Origin: Fidelibacterota bacterium TCS56
GTDB lineage: Bacteria > Fidelibacterota > Marinisomatia > Marinisomatales > TCS56
NCBI GenBank assembly: GCA_001577055.1
Contig: LSCG01000002.1
Location: 1-49,630 of the forward strand
Direction: 5' to 3'
DNA length: 49,630 bases
In this document: positions 9,177 to 19,120 of the stretch, in pieces
How the letters are laid out: each line of letters starts with the position of its first letter
Numbering within the stretch: position 1 is the stretch's first letter
Position numbers and translations under genes: made by a program
The notes under the pieces: generated by a model
Seen by the model: only the letters and a program-made list of their open reading frames with translations
Database searches by the model: none
Told to the model about the DNA's origin: nothing

Positions 9177-10820
9177 ATGAAACGCGCACACCCAATTTCA
9201 ATATTTTTCTTTCTGTTCACGGAATTTCTAAGCGCCCAGGCGCTGGAGGGCTTTCAACCGTACGACTGGATTCTATACAGCGATATCACCAGCGTTAACT
9301 CGATTTCCGAGGGAAATAACTACGCGTATCTGGGCACCGAGACCGCGGGAATTTTGCGCTGGGATATCTACGGGCGGTATTTTTCCGCCCCAATCACCAG
9401 CGCCCAGGGATTGGCCTCCAATCACGTCAGTGCGGTCTATTTTGATCATAATACCGGCATCCTGTGGGCCGCAACCCCCAATATTTTACAGTACAGTTAT
9501 ACCCAGGGTGATGATTGGTTCGGCCAATCATTTGATAATTTGGGGCTGCCGGCTGGATCGGAGATAGAGCAAATCGGCAGTTCCCAGGATTTCATCTGGT
9601 GCCGGACTCCGATAATAACGGTGAAATGTGACCGGTCCAGCGGTATCATGCTGGGGCATATACCGGTACGTGATGAAGATGAAATCAGCTGGGGCAGCCA
9701 CAGAATTCAGCCTTATGATACCACCCAGGACTTTACCGACGGCCTGGTAATCGCCGGAAATTGGAATTTCTTCGGCGATGGCTTGATAGATCATCGCGGA
9801 CATTATGTTGACATGACTACCGTGTACGCCGGACAATTTCAGGATTTTTGGGTGGGCACCAACGACCGGGTCCTGTTCCTGGCCGGTAATGGTCGCCAGC
9901 GACTGGAAGCGAAAATTTTCGGCTTAAATAACCGGGACGTTCAGTTTATTGAAAAAACCAATGGTTTATGGGTTGGCGGGCGCCAGGGGCAGGCGCCCAA
10001 TCATGGTGTGACCTATCTGGATCCTGAGCGTGGTGTCTGGTCGCAGTATGATTTTGAGTATCTGATTAACGCTAACCCGCAATCATTGTATTCCGCGCTG
10101 GTAGTAGGTGACGAAATCTGGTTTGGCGGCGAAGGCCAAATATTGATTTATGATCAGGCCGAGGATTGGTGGCGCAGTCTGGATGAAGCCCAGGGCGTTC
10201 CGCCGGGAGCCATTCGATCACTGGCCAGTAAGGACGAGAATATCTGGATAGGCAGTGAACGTGGATTGGGAGCTGTTTCTTCCGAAACCAGGGGATCGAT
10301 AATCCTGCCGGTGAGTAATCCGTTTGTTGAACGAAAAATTAATGCTATCCAGGCCAGTAATGACCGGATCTGGGTGGCCACTAACCAGCAACTGGCGTAT
10401 TTTGACAATCAGACCAGCGGGTTTAAAAATCTGCCGGTCAGCTTACCGGCAGCCGGCGGTAAGCAAGTCATTAATCGGGCCGTTCGCGGTTATTCGGCTT
10501 TATTTGATTTTAAAAATAAATTATTTGCCGCCAGTTCCAGCGGGATACTGCAATTGGATGAAAAACAACAAAGATGGACACTGGCAGCGCCCGCTTCTGT
10601 TTACCATAACCAATACGTTCGCAAGCTGGCTGTATCTGAAGACTATTTCTGGCTGGTAACAGCCAGGGCGTTGTTTCGTGTTGACCGTTTAACCCTGTCA
10701 ATCCGGGTATATGATTATGGTTTTATGGGATACCTGAATGATGTGTATATTTCAGAGGACGAGTTGTGGATTGGAACCAGCAAAGGATTGTTAAACTTCA
10801 ATTGGCAAGGGGATTTATGA
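9177..10820 (+). CDS. Secreted beta-propeller repeat protein (two-component-regulator-propeller-like), no kinase module
   Basis: 547 aa with signal peptide MKRAHPISIFFFLFTEFLSAQA. It has recurrent blade motifs: ILWAATPN, FWVGTNDRV, LWVGGRQG, IWFGGEGQ, IWIGSERGL, IWVATNQQL, LWIGTSKGL. Confidence 0.55.
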   Translation: MKRAHPISIFFFLFTEFLSAQALEGFQPYDWILYSDITSVNSISEGNNYAYLGTETAGILRWDIYGRYFSAPITSAQGLASNHVSAVYFDHNTGILWAATPNILQYSYTQGDDWFGQSFDNLGLPAGSEIEQIGSSQDFIWCRTPIITVKCDRSSGIMLGHIPVRDEDEISWGSHRIQPYDTTQDFTDGLVIAGNWNFFGDGLIDHRGHYVDMTTVYAGQFQDFWVGTNDRVLFLAGNGRQRLEAKIFGLNNRDVQFIEKTNGLWVGGRQGQAPNHGVTYLDPERGVWSQYDFEYLINANPQSLYSALVVGDEIWFGGEGQILIYDQAEDWWRSLDEAQGVPPGAIRSLASKDENIWIGSERGLGAVSSETRGSIILPVSNPFVERKINAIQASNDRIWVATNQQLAYFDNQTSGFKNLPVSLPAAGGKQVINRAVRGYSALFDFKNKLFAASSSGILQLDEKQQRWTLAAPASVYHNQYVRKLAVSEDYFWLVTARALFRVDRLTLSIRVYDYGFMGYLNDVYISEDELWIGTSKGLLNFNWQGDL

Positions 10821-12064
10821 AGATTATGCGGCCGATCATCATCCTGGCCCTCATTCTGAGTGTGGCAGCAGGCCAGCGCCAGAAAAAAATTCGTGATAAT
10901 ATTGAGCAATTCCGTATGTCGGCCATCGCCTTCGCCGTTGGAGACGATGAAGCGATTAAGACTGCCATCTATTTTGAAATCCCGAATTTTACCCTGCAAT
11001 TCATCAAACAGGATTCCGGTTTCGTGGCCGATTTTGAAGTGGTTTGTTCGGTCCGTGACAAAGAGGGCCAACAATATGGACGCTTCATTTGGGAAAGACA
11101 GGTGACGGTAAATGATTACCGGGAATCAACTTCCCGTACCTTATTTACCACCCTGCATACCATTATGGACTTGCCGGCAAGAGAATTAGTCTTAATTGGC
11201 GAATTAATGGACAAAGATACCCGTAACCGCGGTCAGAATGAAAAGGAAATCGATTTAAGCGAATTTGGCAGCGGTAATTTTATTTTCCCGCTGGTTTTGT
11301 TGCGCAACCAACCAGGTAATTGGGGAATTGTCGATGATTTTGTACCGGTTTTCAACAATAAAATCCCACTGGATGACAATGGTTATCATCTCTTCCTGGC
11401 GGGTCGCCTGGCCCGGGAAGAATATGATTTATCGATACTGGCCTATGACAATGCCGATGAGTTAACCTGGGAACAACAGTATTCCTTTGTCGCCACCGAT
11501 AATAGAGTCAGTCATATTATAGATATTCCCGGTAATGTCCTTGAAGGGATTAACGCCCGCATTTTAGCACGGATAAATCAGGGTGACCAGGCCTATGATC
11601 AGGTCATTAAAATCACGATCGTAAATCCGGGGATTAGCGAGTCGATCAACAATATTGATGATGCCATCAGTCAGTTGCGATATATTGCCACCAGTGAAGA
11701 GTTGGAGGCTTTCGACGATGCGGGACGGGAAGAGCAGGAGCAGTTATTCCGGGAATTCTGGGAAAAGCGTGACGAAACACCCAACACCGTTCGCAATGAA
11801 TTGATGGATGAATATTATTTCCGCGTCCGTTATGCCAATGAACATTTCAGCACTTTTATTCCCGGCTGGCGTACCGACATGGGCATGATTTTTATTATTT
11901 TTGGTCCTCCCGATGATATCGAGCGCAGTTATTCTTCCGCATCCCGTTACACCGGCCAGGAGTGGTTTTATTACTCCATCAATCGCTCCTTCATCTTTAT
12001 TGATCAATCCGGGTTTGGCGATTACCGGTTGGCGACTCCTTACTACGGTCAGGGTACCTGGTGA
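10817..12064 (+). CDS. GWxTD domain-containing secreted protein
   Basis: The start is trimmed to the ATG at 10817 (ATGA overlap with the upstream stop), giving signal peptide MKIMRPIIILALILSVAAG. The C-terminal FREFWEKRDETPNTVRNELMDEYYFRVRYANEHF...GWRTDMGMIFIIFGPPDDIER matches the GWxTD family signature. Confidence 0.75.
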   Translation: MKIMRPIIILALILSVAAGQRQKKIRDNIEQFRMSAIAFAVGDDEAIKTAIYFEIPNFTLQFIKQDSGFVADFEVVCSVRDKEGQQYGRFIWERQVTVNDYRESTSRTLFTTLHTIMDLPARELVLIGELMDKDTRNRGQNEKEIDLSEFGSGNFIFPLVLLRNQPGNWGIVDDFVPVFNNKIPLDDNGYHLFLAGRLAREEYDLSILAYDNADELTWEQQYSFVATDNRVSHIIDIPGNVLEGINARILARINQGDQAYDQVIKITIVNPGISESINNIDDAISQLRYIATSEELEAFDDAGREEQEQLFREFWEKRDETPNTVRNELMDEYYFRVRYANEHFSTFIPGWRTDMGMIFIIFGPPDDIERSYSSASRYTGQEWFYYSINRSFIFIDQSGFGDYRLATPYYGQGTW

Positions 12065-13101
12065 AATTCGCTTTCATCCCCGGTGATGGCGTTGGCATTG
12101 AGCTTGGGGAGGAGTTGCATAAAATCTGTGGCGCCCTGGCGAATTATACCAATATTAAATTCGATATCAGCGAAGTTGATCTGAGTCTCACCCGGTTTCG
12201 TGAAACCGGCGTCTTACTTCCTGAAACGGTTAAGGACATGCTGACCGGCGCTTCGGCAATCTGGGCCGGTCCCTTCAGTGAGGCGCAGGAAGGGGGCCGA
12301 AGCTATAATGGTCGTCTGATGAAATCACTCTTAACCGCACTTGATTGTACTATCCACTGCCGTCATCTTACCGATTTCAATCCAAATATTGATACGGTTA
12401 AATACAAACCATTCGATGTGTTTATCATTCAAAACAGTCCCAACCTGGCTGGCGAGACTCATCATTTTGTGTCCCGCCTCAATCATGCGGAGCGGGTTGA
12501 ACATCAGATAAATATCTGGTCTGAAAGCGCGCTGAAACCTCTGCTTGAATACGCCCAAAATATTATCGAACAGCAAAAGCGGAAAAAAATCGTAATTGTT
12601 AACCCGTCGATGGAGCCGGAAGGCAATCAACTGGTATCCGACCTGGCTCGCCAATTGGCGGAAAATGACGAGTTGACGGTTAAAATGTTCACAGCCGAAC
12701 GTGTGGTCTATACACTCCTGCAGCGACCGCATGAATTGGATATGATTATCAGCGTGGCCCCCTTCGGTTCGATTTTATCACGGGTAGGGTCATTTCTGGA
12801 AGGTGGCCTGGGTCTGGGGTTCGTTACATATGGCGACCAGGATGGTGATAAAATATATCAGGTTTTGCATCCGGCCTCCACCGGATATGTGGGCAAGGAT
12901 GCCGCCAATCCTCTGGGAGCCGTCAGGGCGCTGGCCGCCATCCTGAAGCAGATTAAGCGACCGGGCCTGGCAAAAATTCTGGCTGATGCCGTCTTCCAGG
13001 CCTTGGACGCCGGTTGGTCCACCCGTGATATGGGGGGCAGTATGGGAACCACTGAAATCGGTGATTTTATTTGCGCAAAACTGGCTGAATCAGCCCAATA
13101 A
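12061..13101 (+). CDS. Isocitrate/isopropylmalate dehydrogenase-fold protein, apparently non-catalytic
   Basis: 346 aa with a GTG start in a GTGA overlap with the GWxTD gene. The N-terminal KFAFIPGDGVGIE and C-terminal GKDAANPLGAVRALAAIL blocks match the family. The metal- and substrate-binding positions look substituted (see findings). Confidence 0.6.
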   Translation: MKFAFIPGDGVGIELGEELHKICGALANYTNIKFDISEVDLSLTRFRETGVLLPETVKDMLTGASAIWAGPFSEAQEGGRSYNGRLMKSLLTALDCTIHCRHLTDFNPNIDTVKYKPFDVFIIQNSPNLAGETHHFVSRLNHAERVEHQINIWSESALKPLLEYAQNIIEQQKRKKIVIVNPSMEPEGNQLVSDLARQLAENDELTVKMFTAERVVYTLLQRPHELDMIISVAPFGSILSRVGSFLEGGLGLGFVTYGDQDGDKIYQVLHPASTGYVGKDAANPLGAVRALAAILKQIKRPGLAKILADAVFQALDAGWSTRDMGGSMGTTEIGDFICAKLAESAQ

Positions 13102-13114
13102 TAACAGAGTAGAA

Positions 13115-13657
13115 ATGATCAATTTTACCGATAAAGAAAAAGAATTACTGCTACGGGTATTTAATGAGCTTGACATCAGTCAATTGGTGAAGATGAATCA
13201 CGGTGAACATCAGACGCTGGAAGGTATGCTAATGAAATTGAATCCCGCCGAAGCCGTTGAACTGTACGTTGATGGGGCTGCCAATCTTAATGCAAAAAGC
13301 TCGGGAATCGGCGGTTGTGGGTTAATCTCCGGGGAAGAAGTATTTAGTTTTTCCCGTTTCACAGGAGATATGACCAATAATCAGGCTGAATATCTGGCGC
13401 TGATTCACGGGTTGGAATTAGCTCTGGCCAATGGATATGACCGGTTGTCGGTAAAAATGGACAGCGAACTGGTAGTGAGACAAGTCAATGGTGCTTATAA
13501 AGTGAAAAATGAACGCATGATCCCCTTGCATCAAAAAGTGCAGAAGCTGCTTAAGAATTTCACGCAATGGGAAATCAGGCATGTACCACGAAATGAAAAT
13601 GCGCGGGCGGACTATTTAAGCAAGCAGGGATTAAATGACGGGGTCGATGGCGGATAA
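13115..13657 (+). CDS. RNase H (type 1, RVT_3-like) with about 45-aa N-terminal extension
   Basis: The start is trimmed to the ATG at 13115. It has a DEDD-type pattern: LYVDGAA, NNQAEYLALIHGLELA, KMDSELVVRQVNG, NARADYLSKQG. Confidence 0.75.
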   Translation: MINFTDKEKELLLRVFNELDISQLVKMNHGEHQTLEGMLMKLNPAEAVELYVDGAANLNAKSSGIGGCGLISGEEVFSFSRFTGDMTNNQAEYLALIHGLELALANGYDRLSVKMDSELVVRQVNGAYKVKNERMIPLHQKVQKLLKNFTQWEIRHVPRNENARADYLSKQGLNDGVDGG

Positions 13658-13752
13658 ATTTATAATTGTACTAGTTTAGCGGGTGTTAATGATCCGCTGT
13701 AATATTAATTTCAGGCCATTCTTTAATCCGAAAATTTGGAATCAGCACGCAG

Positions 13753-14781
13753 ATGAATCTGTTAAATTCAATGAAGACCACTCTGAACTGGGTATCCGGC
13801 GATGTAGCCATTGATCTGGGAACCGCCAATACCCTAATCTGGCTGAAGGGGCGGGGGATCGTCATCAATGAACCTTCGATTATCGCCCGGTCAGTCCACG
13901 ATGGCAAAATCATTGCCGTCGGAACTGACGCCAAAGTCATGCTGGGACGTACCCACCGCGAAATTGAGACTATCCGACCCCTCCAGGATGGGGTTATTGC
14001 TGATTTTAATATGACCGACGGCATGTTGCAGGGATTCATTCGCAAAATGAACCTTAATCGGCTGGCCCGGCCCCGGATGGTGATTTGTGTCCCTTCCGGC
14101 GTTACCGAAGTTGAGCGACGCGCCGTGAAAGACAGCGGCGACCGTTCCAACGCCCGTGAAGTTTTCCTGATAGAGGAACCGGTGGCGGCGGCGATCGGTA
14201 TCGGGCTGGACATCAGTCAACCGGTGGGTAATATCATTGTTGATATCGGTGGCGGTACAACTGAAATCGCCGTTATTGCTCTTAACGGGGTTGTCACCAA
14301 GGAAACCATTCGCATCGCCGGTGATGAAATGGACGATGCCATCGTGCAGTGGTTCCGAAATGAACATAAGCTGGATATCGGTCTGGCCACCGGAGAAAGA
14401 ATAAAGAAAACCGTCGGTTCGGCCATGCGCATTAAATCGGAGCCGATTTACGTCAAGGGCCGGGACCTGGTCTCCGGCATTCCCAAAACCGCCGAAGTCT
14501 CTTCGGATGAAATCAGGCATGCCTTGAAATATCCGATCAACAATATCGTGGAAGCGGTCAAACGGGCCCTGGAACAGACACCACCGGAGCTGGCTTCCGA
14601 TATTTTGGACCGTGGGATAATAATGACCGGTGGCGGAAGTCTGTTGCGCGGGATTGACCAGATAATCCGCGAACGCACTAATATTCCGGTTAACGTGGCC
14701 GAAGAACCACTGCTTTCGGTAGTCCGCGGGACGGGCCTGGTTTTGGAAGATGTGAAGAAGTTTGAAGCGGTGCTGATCTAA
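13753..14781 (+). CDS. mreB: Rod shape-determining actin homologue MreB
   Basis: 342 aa with IDLGTANTLIW, VICVPSGVTEVERRAV, LIEEPVAAAIG, VDIGGGTTEIAVI and MTGGGSLLRGID motifs. Confidence 0.95.
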   Translation: MNLLNSMKTTLNWVSGDVAIDLGTANTLIWLKGRGIVINEPSIIARSVHDGKIIAVGTDAKVMLGRTHREIETIRPLQDGVIADFNMTDGMLQGFIRKMNLNRLARPRMVICVPSGVTEVERRAVKDSGDRSNAREVFLIEEPVAAAIGIGLDISQPVGNIIVDIGGGTTEIAVIALNGVVTKETIRIAGDEMDDAIVQWFRNEHKLDIGLATGERIKKTVGSAMRIKSEPIYVKGRDLVSGIPKTAEVSSDEIRHALKYPINNIVEAVKRALEQTPPELASDILDRGIIMTGGGSLLRGIDQIIRERTNIPVNVAEEPLLSVVRGTGLVLEDVKKFEAVLI

Positions 14782-14787
14782 GCTGGC

Positions 14788-15582
14788 ATGCGCTGGTTAT
14801 ATTTCGCCCTGCATAAAAATAAAGACCACGTATTATTTATACTGCTGCTGGTTCTGTCGGTAACCATCCTGTTTTCCGGTCATTCACTGGAAATCAACCA
14901 ATTGCGGATCAGAGTGGGGGAGTTTTTCTCGTTTACTGAATTACCCTCGACCTGGCTGTCCTCGAAGCGCATTTTATCGGCAGAAAACTCCCGGCTGCGG
15001 GAAAAAAACATGCAGCTCAAGTTGCTGTTGGAATCAGTATTGAACCTGGAGTCGGAAAATCAGCAATTACGTTCTTTACTGGAATTCAAGAAAAAAGTAG
15101 GCTGGACACTGGTACCGGCTTCGGTCCACGGAAAGGGGGTTGCCACGACGGTGACGTCTTTCAAAATTGATGTGGGCCGTCAGGATGGCGTACAGGTCAA
15201 TAATCCCGTGGTAATTGGCGACGGGGTGGTAGGGAAGACCTATTTGGTGGGTGAAACCACCAGTCTGGTACAATTGATCAGTGACCCTGATTTTCGTTTG
15301 AGTGTTAAAATCAACCCGTCCGGGGCGGTGGGCATCTTAAGCTGGCTGGAATCCAATCGCTGTGAAATCAAAGAAATACCAAAAAGCGCCTCAATTAAAA
15401 TCGGTGATCTGGTCTATACATCTAATTATTCCGATATCTATCCGCCGAACCTGCCGGTGGGTAAGGTGGTGGCAATCTATGATGAACGAGGCAGTTTCCA
15501 GAAACGTCTTACGCTTGAGACCTTTTTTAATATCGGTACCCTTCAATATGTATTCGTGATAATTGATGATGAACGAGAATAA
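14788..15582 (+). CDS. mreC: Rod shape-determining protein MreC
   Basis: 264 aa with an N-terminal TM, a coiled coil (ENSRLREKNMQLK...ENQQLRSLL) and a beta-rich core with VVIGDGVVGKTY and YPPNLPVGKV. It sits between mreB and mreD. Confidence 0.85.
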   Translation: MRWLYFALHKNKDHVLFILLLVLSVTILFSGHSLEINQLRIRVGEFFSFTELPSTWLSSKRILSAENSRLREKNMQLKLLLESVLNLESENQQLRSLLEFKKKVGWTLVPASVHGKGVATTVTSFKIDVGRQDGVQVNNPVVIGDGVVGKTYLVGETTSLVQLISDPDFRLSVKINPSGAVGILSWLESNRCEIKEIPKSASIKIGDLVYTSNYSDIYPPNLPVGKVVAIYDERGSFQKRLTLETFFNIGTLQYVFVIIDDERE

Positions 15583-16045
15583 ATTTATCCTGGCCGGGGT
15601 TGGTATGCTGGTTTTGCAGGTCCTACTGGCGGATCTGATATCAATCCGGCTGATCAGACCGGATTTTATTCTGGTATTTATCCTTTATCTTTCAATCTGG
15701 CGGGGGCGTTCCACCGGCATGTTGGCCGGATTTGGATTAGGGCTGGTGATTGATTTGATCGGGACGGCTTCCTATTTCGGAATATCCTCCCTCTGCTACA
15801 TCATATTTGCCTATCTGACTGGCAGCCTCAAAGGGAAATACAGTAAATGGCCGCCGCTAGCTTTTCATTTTACCTGGGCGGTTATTCTGGTGGGACAGTT
15901 TGCCCTACGTTTTCTTATTACCAACTATGATTTATTCTTATACCAGAATGGAGTTTTCTGGGGTACCGTGAGTCTGGCTTCCGGCTATACTTTGGTCCTG
16001 GCAATTGCCAGTAACTTTTTCATTTCGCTGGGTGTTGAAGAATAA
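15563..16045 (+). CDS. mreD: Rod shape-determining protein MreD
   Basis: 160 aa, polytopic and hydrophobic, with an RPDFILVFILYL motif. Position in the mreBCD-mrdAB operon supports the call. Confidence 0.75.
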   Translation: MMMNENKFILAGVGMLVLQVLLADLISIRLIRPDFILVFILYLSIWRGRSTGMLAGFGLGLVIDLIGTASYFGISSLCYIIFAYLTGSLKGKYSKWPPLAFHFTWAVILVGQFALRFLITNYDLFLYQNGVFWGTVSLASGYTLVLAIASNFFISLGVEE

Positions 16046-17826
16046 TGCTCAAAACCGAGAATCTGGTTCCCCAATCTCGTTTACTGGTGCTGGCCGGCTT
16101 TTCGTTACTCCTGATATTGATTTTAGTTTTTCGTTTTTTTCAACTGCAGGTTCTCCGATACCAACAGTATAAAGTAAAATCTGAAGCGAATATCATCAGG
16201 GCACAATCGATTCCGGCCCCGCGGGGATTGATTTATGATCGTAACGGACAAATTCTTGTTGATAACCGCCCCACCTATGTATTGCTGGCAACACCGGCGG
16301 AAATGACCGATCCGGATTCGATTTTACCCATTATCGCCGAACATTCTGGCTTGGATTTATCTCAATTACAAGCCGCCTATGATAAAAATTACCGTGGCCG
16401 CTTTCAACCGATTCGCCTGGCGAAAGACCTGACAATCTATCAGTTGAGTCGCATCGCCGAACATCGTTCGGAACTGCCGGGCATCAGCTATAAGCAGTTC
16501 CCCGAGCGCTATTATCCCGCCGTGGTACGGGCCGCTCATTTGATCGGCTACATCAGGGAAGTTGACCGTAATTTTTTAACTACCGCTGAAATCGCCAGCG
16601 AATACCGCATCGGAGATTTAATCGGCTGGCGCGGATTGGAGAAAATGTATGAAGCGAGCCTGCGGGGAAAAAATGGCGTCCGGTATTTGCAGGTAGATGT
16701 CATGGGCCGTGCCATGGAAGGAGGAGCCGAAAGAGGAGTTATTAAGCCGTTGCCTGGCAATGATATTCACACCACCGTTGACAGTGATCTGCAAAATTTG
16801 ATCGAAGCCGAAATGGAGGGTTACCGCGGGGCGGTGGTGGTATCCCTGCCGCAAACCGGAGAAATTCTGGCGCAAGGGAGTTTTCCCGATTACCCGCCCG
16901 ATTTGTTCTCCGGCGCCACCCTCAGTGAAGACTGGACCCATTACGCCGGCCGGCCTGACAATCCATTGCTGAACCGTGTAACTCACGGCTATTATCCACC
17001 TGGTTCAACATTTAAACCTTTAGTGGCAATCGCTCTACTGGAAAATGAAATTATCGATACCAGCCAGACTATTACCTGTACCGGGAGTTATCGTTTGGGT
17101 CGGCGGACCTTTGCCTGCTGGAATCCTGCCGGCCATGGGAAAGTGAATCTGCGCGATGCTATCGAACAGTCCTGCAACGTATATTTTTACAACATGATCC
17201 AACTGACGCCACTGGATGTTTGGGCCCAGGTGGTGCGCGATTTTGGATTCGGCAGTCTGGCCCAAATTGATTTACCGTCGGAACAGGCAGGAATTATTCC
17301 TGATACGGATTTCATGGAGGCAAAATATGGCCAGGGGCGCTGGACCAAGGGACATTTGCTTAATATTGCCATCGGGCAGGGTGATGTGCTGGTAACTCCG
17401 ATCCAGATGTTGACCTATGTAAATATCCTGGCAAACCAGGGAGGGGCTGTCCGGCCGCATCTGGTTGAAAAGGGTAGCGATTATCCAGAAATTGATGTGA
17501 CTGTCAGCCCGGATACCTGGAGTATCCTGCAGCGGTATCTGCTCGGGGTGACCCATGGTGAAAATGGTACGGGTAAACTGGCGCAACCACGCGATACCAC
17601 GATCGTAACAGCAGGAAAAACCGGCACTTCGGAAAATCCCCATGGCGAACCTCATGCCTGGTTTATTGGTTGGGCGCAGCAGGGCGATCAGATGGTTTCG
17701 GTGGTGATACTCATGGAAAACTCCGGTCACGGTGGCGATGTGGCAGCACCTCTGGCCCGTAAAATATTTCAGCTATATTTCCAGAAACTGGCGGAACAGG
17801 AGCATCATCTGGCCTATGCTGACTGA
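16045..17826 (+). CDS. mrdA: Penicillin-binding protein 2 (elongasome transpeptidase)
   Basis: 593 aa with an N-terminal TM and the SxxK (PGSTFKP), SxN (EQSCNVYF) and KTG (GKTGTSE) motifs. One-nt TAATG overlap with mreD. Confidence 0.9.
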   Translation: MLKTENLVPQSRLLVLAGFSLLLILILVFRFFQLQVLRYQQYKVKSEANIIRAQSIPAPRGLIYDRNGQILVDNRPTYVLLATPAEMTDPDSILPIIAEHSGLDLSQLQAAYDKNYRGRFQPIRLAKDLTIYQLSRIAEHRSELPGISYKQFPERYYPAVVRAAHLIGYIREVDRNFLTTAEIASEYRIGDLIGWRGLEKMYEASLRGKNGVRYLQVDVMGRAMEGGAERGVIKPLPGNDIHTTVDSDLQNLIEAEMEGYRGAVVVSLPQTGEILAQGSFPDYPPDLFSGATLSEDWTHYAGRPDNPLLNRVTHGYYPPGSTFKPLVAIALLENEIIDTSQTITCTGSYRLGRRTFACWNPAGHGKVNLRDAIEQSCNVYFYNMIQLTPLDVWAQVVRDFGFGSLAQIDLPSEQAGIIPDTDFMEAKYGQGRWTKGHLLNIAIGQGDVLVTPIQMLTYVNILANQGGAVRPHLVEKGSDYPEIDVTVSPDTWSILQRYLLGVTHGENGTGKLAQPRDTTIVTAGKTGTSENPHGEPHAWFIGWAQQGDQMVSVVILMENSGHGGDVAAPLARKIFQLYFQKLAEQEHHLAYAD

Positions 17827-19042
17827 TTTATTTCTGAAATTTCGCGAGGCTTCCAAGCAAATGCTGCTGGGCACGATAGTGCTTACCATCGTGGGTTTGG
17901 TCAGCATCAGCAGTGTATCACAGCATCAGGATATGAATTTTGTAAACACAACTTATTTCCGACAATTGCTGTGGACTATCCCCGCCTTCTTAACGATGAT
18001 TCTGACTTTCGGTATTTCCCGGCGTAATATTTACAAATTCAGTTATCCGGCCTATGCCTTGGTTATTTTGCTCCTGCTGGTTCCCTACCTGGGTCCCAAG
18101 GTAGCCGGAACCTATCGCTGGATAAAGCTGGGCACGGTACATCTTCAACCGTCGGAAATCGCCAAGATTTTTATCGTGCTGGCGCTGGCAAGATATTTAT
18201 CCAACCCACGCCTGGATATTAACGGCCCCAAAGCGATCCTGGTCCCATCCGTGCTGGTACTGGTACCGATTGCCCTGGTATTTCAACAACCGGATTTAGG
18301 CACTTCAATCATCATTGCTTCCCCGGTTATAATCATGTTGTTCTGGGCCGGGGTACGACCATTTTCCCTGTTTCTGATCATCGCACCCGTCCTGTCAATT
18401 CTGACAGCATTTCATAATTTGTCTTTTGGAATATGGGCGACGGTAATGGCGCTGATATTGTATTTAGCGCGACCAAAACTTGTTAACGGTGTCATCATTT
18501 ATTTCGCCAATCTGTTTCTGGGATTATTATCACCGTACATCTGGAATGCCCTGGAACCGTATCAGCAGAAGCGGGTTATGACGGTATTTGACCCCAGCTT
18601 GGATCCACTGGGGGCGGGATACCAGATAATTCAAAGCCAGACGGCCATCGGATCCGGGGGATTATTAGGCAAGGGCTGGGGGCAGGGAACGCAAACACAG
18701 TTAAAATTCCTCCCGGTACAGGAGACTGATTTCATTGTTTCTGTAATCGGTGAGGAATTTGGCTTCCTGATGGTACTGGTGATCCTGATAATATTTGCCC
18801 TGCTGTTATTAAGAATGCTGCGGTTGGCGGCTGATTCGGACAATCGCTTTTCCAGTCTGGTGATCGTAGGACTGGCTGTCCTTTTTTTAGCCCATCTGTT
18901 TGTTAACATGGCCATGGCAGTGGGATTGATCCCGGTAAAAGGACTTCCCCTGCCATTTATTTCTTACGGCGGATCATTTTTAGTGGCCTGTTTCGCGATG
19001 GTGGGACTGGTCATGAACCTGGGAATAAACTACTCCGATTAA
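17816..19042 (+). CDS. rodA: SEDS-family peptidoglycan polymerase RodA
   Basis: The start is trimmed to the ATG at 17816 (11-nt overlap with mrdA). It is polytopic and carries FQQPDLGTS, QSQTAIGSGGLLGKGWGQGTQ, ETDFIVSVIGEEFGF and PFISYGGS signatures. Confidence 0.9.
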   Translation: MLTDLFLKFREASKQMLLGTIVLTIVGLVSISSVSQHQDMNFVNTTYFRQLLWTIPAFLTMILTFGISRRNIYKFSYPAYALVILLLLVPYLGPKVAGTYRWIKLGTVHLQPSEIAKIFIVLALARYLSNPRLDINGPKAILVPSVLVLVPIALVFQQPDLGTSIIIASPVIIMLFWAGVRPFSLFLIIAPVLSILTAFHNLSFGIWATVMALILYLARPKLVNGVIIYFANLFLGLLSPYIWNALEPYQQKRVMTVFDPSLDPLGAGYQIIQSQTAIGSGGLLGKGWGQGTQTQLKFLPVQETDFIVSVIGEEFGFLMVLVILIIFALLLLRMLRLAADSDNRFSSLVIVGLAVLFLAHLFVNMAMAVGLIPVKGLPLPFISYGGSFLVACFAMVGLVMNLGINYSD

Positions 19043-19120
19043 TGAAACGTTGTCGGTTCGACACCATAAAAGTAAATTTATTACGGGCATACAATCATTT
19101 TTTACAAAAAAGGCAACCCG

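Noticed and set aside
13686-14520. Two long minus-strand ORFs (175 and 209 aa) antisense to mreB
   Set aside because: They lie entirely inside an unmistakable MreB coding sequence. The products are Arg/Ser/Pro/Gly-rich low-complexity shadow translations with no motifs.
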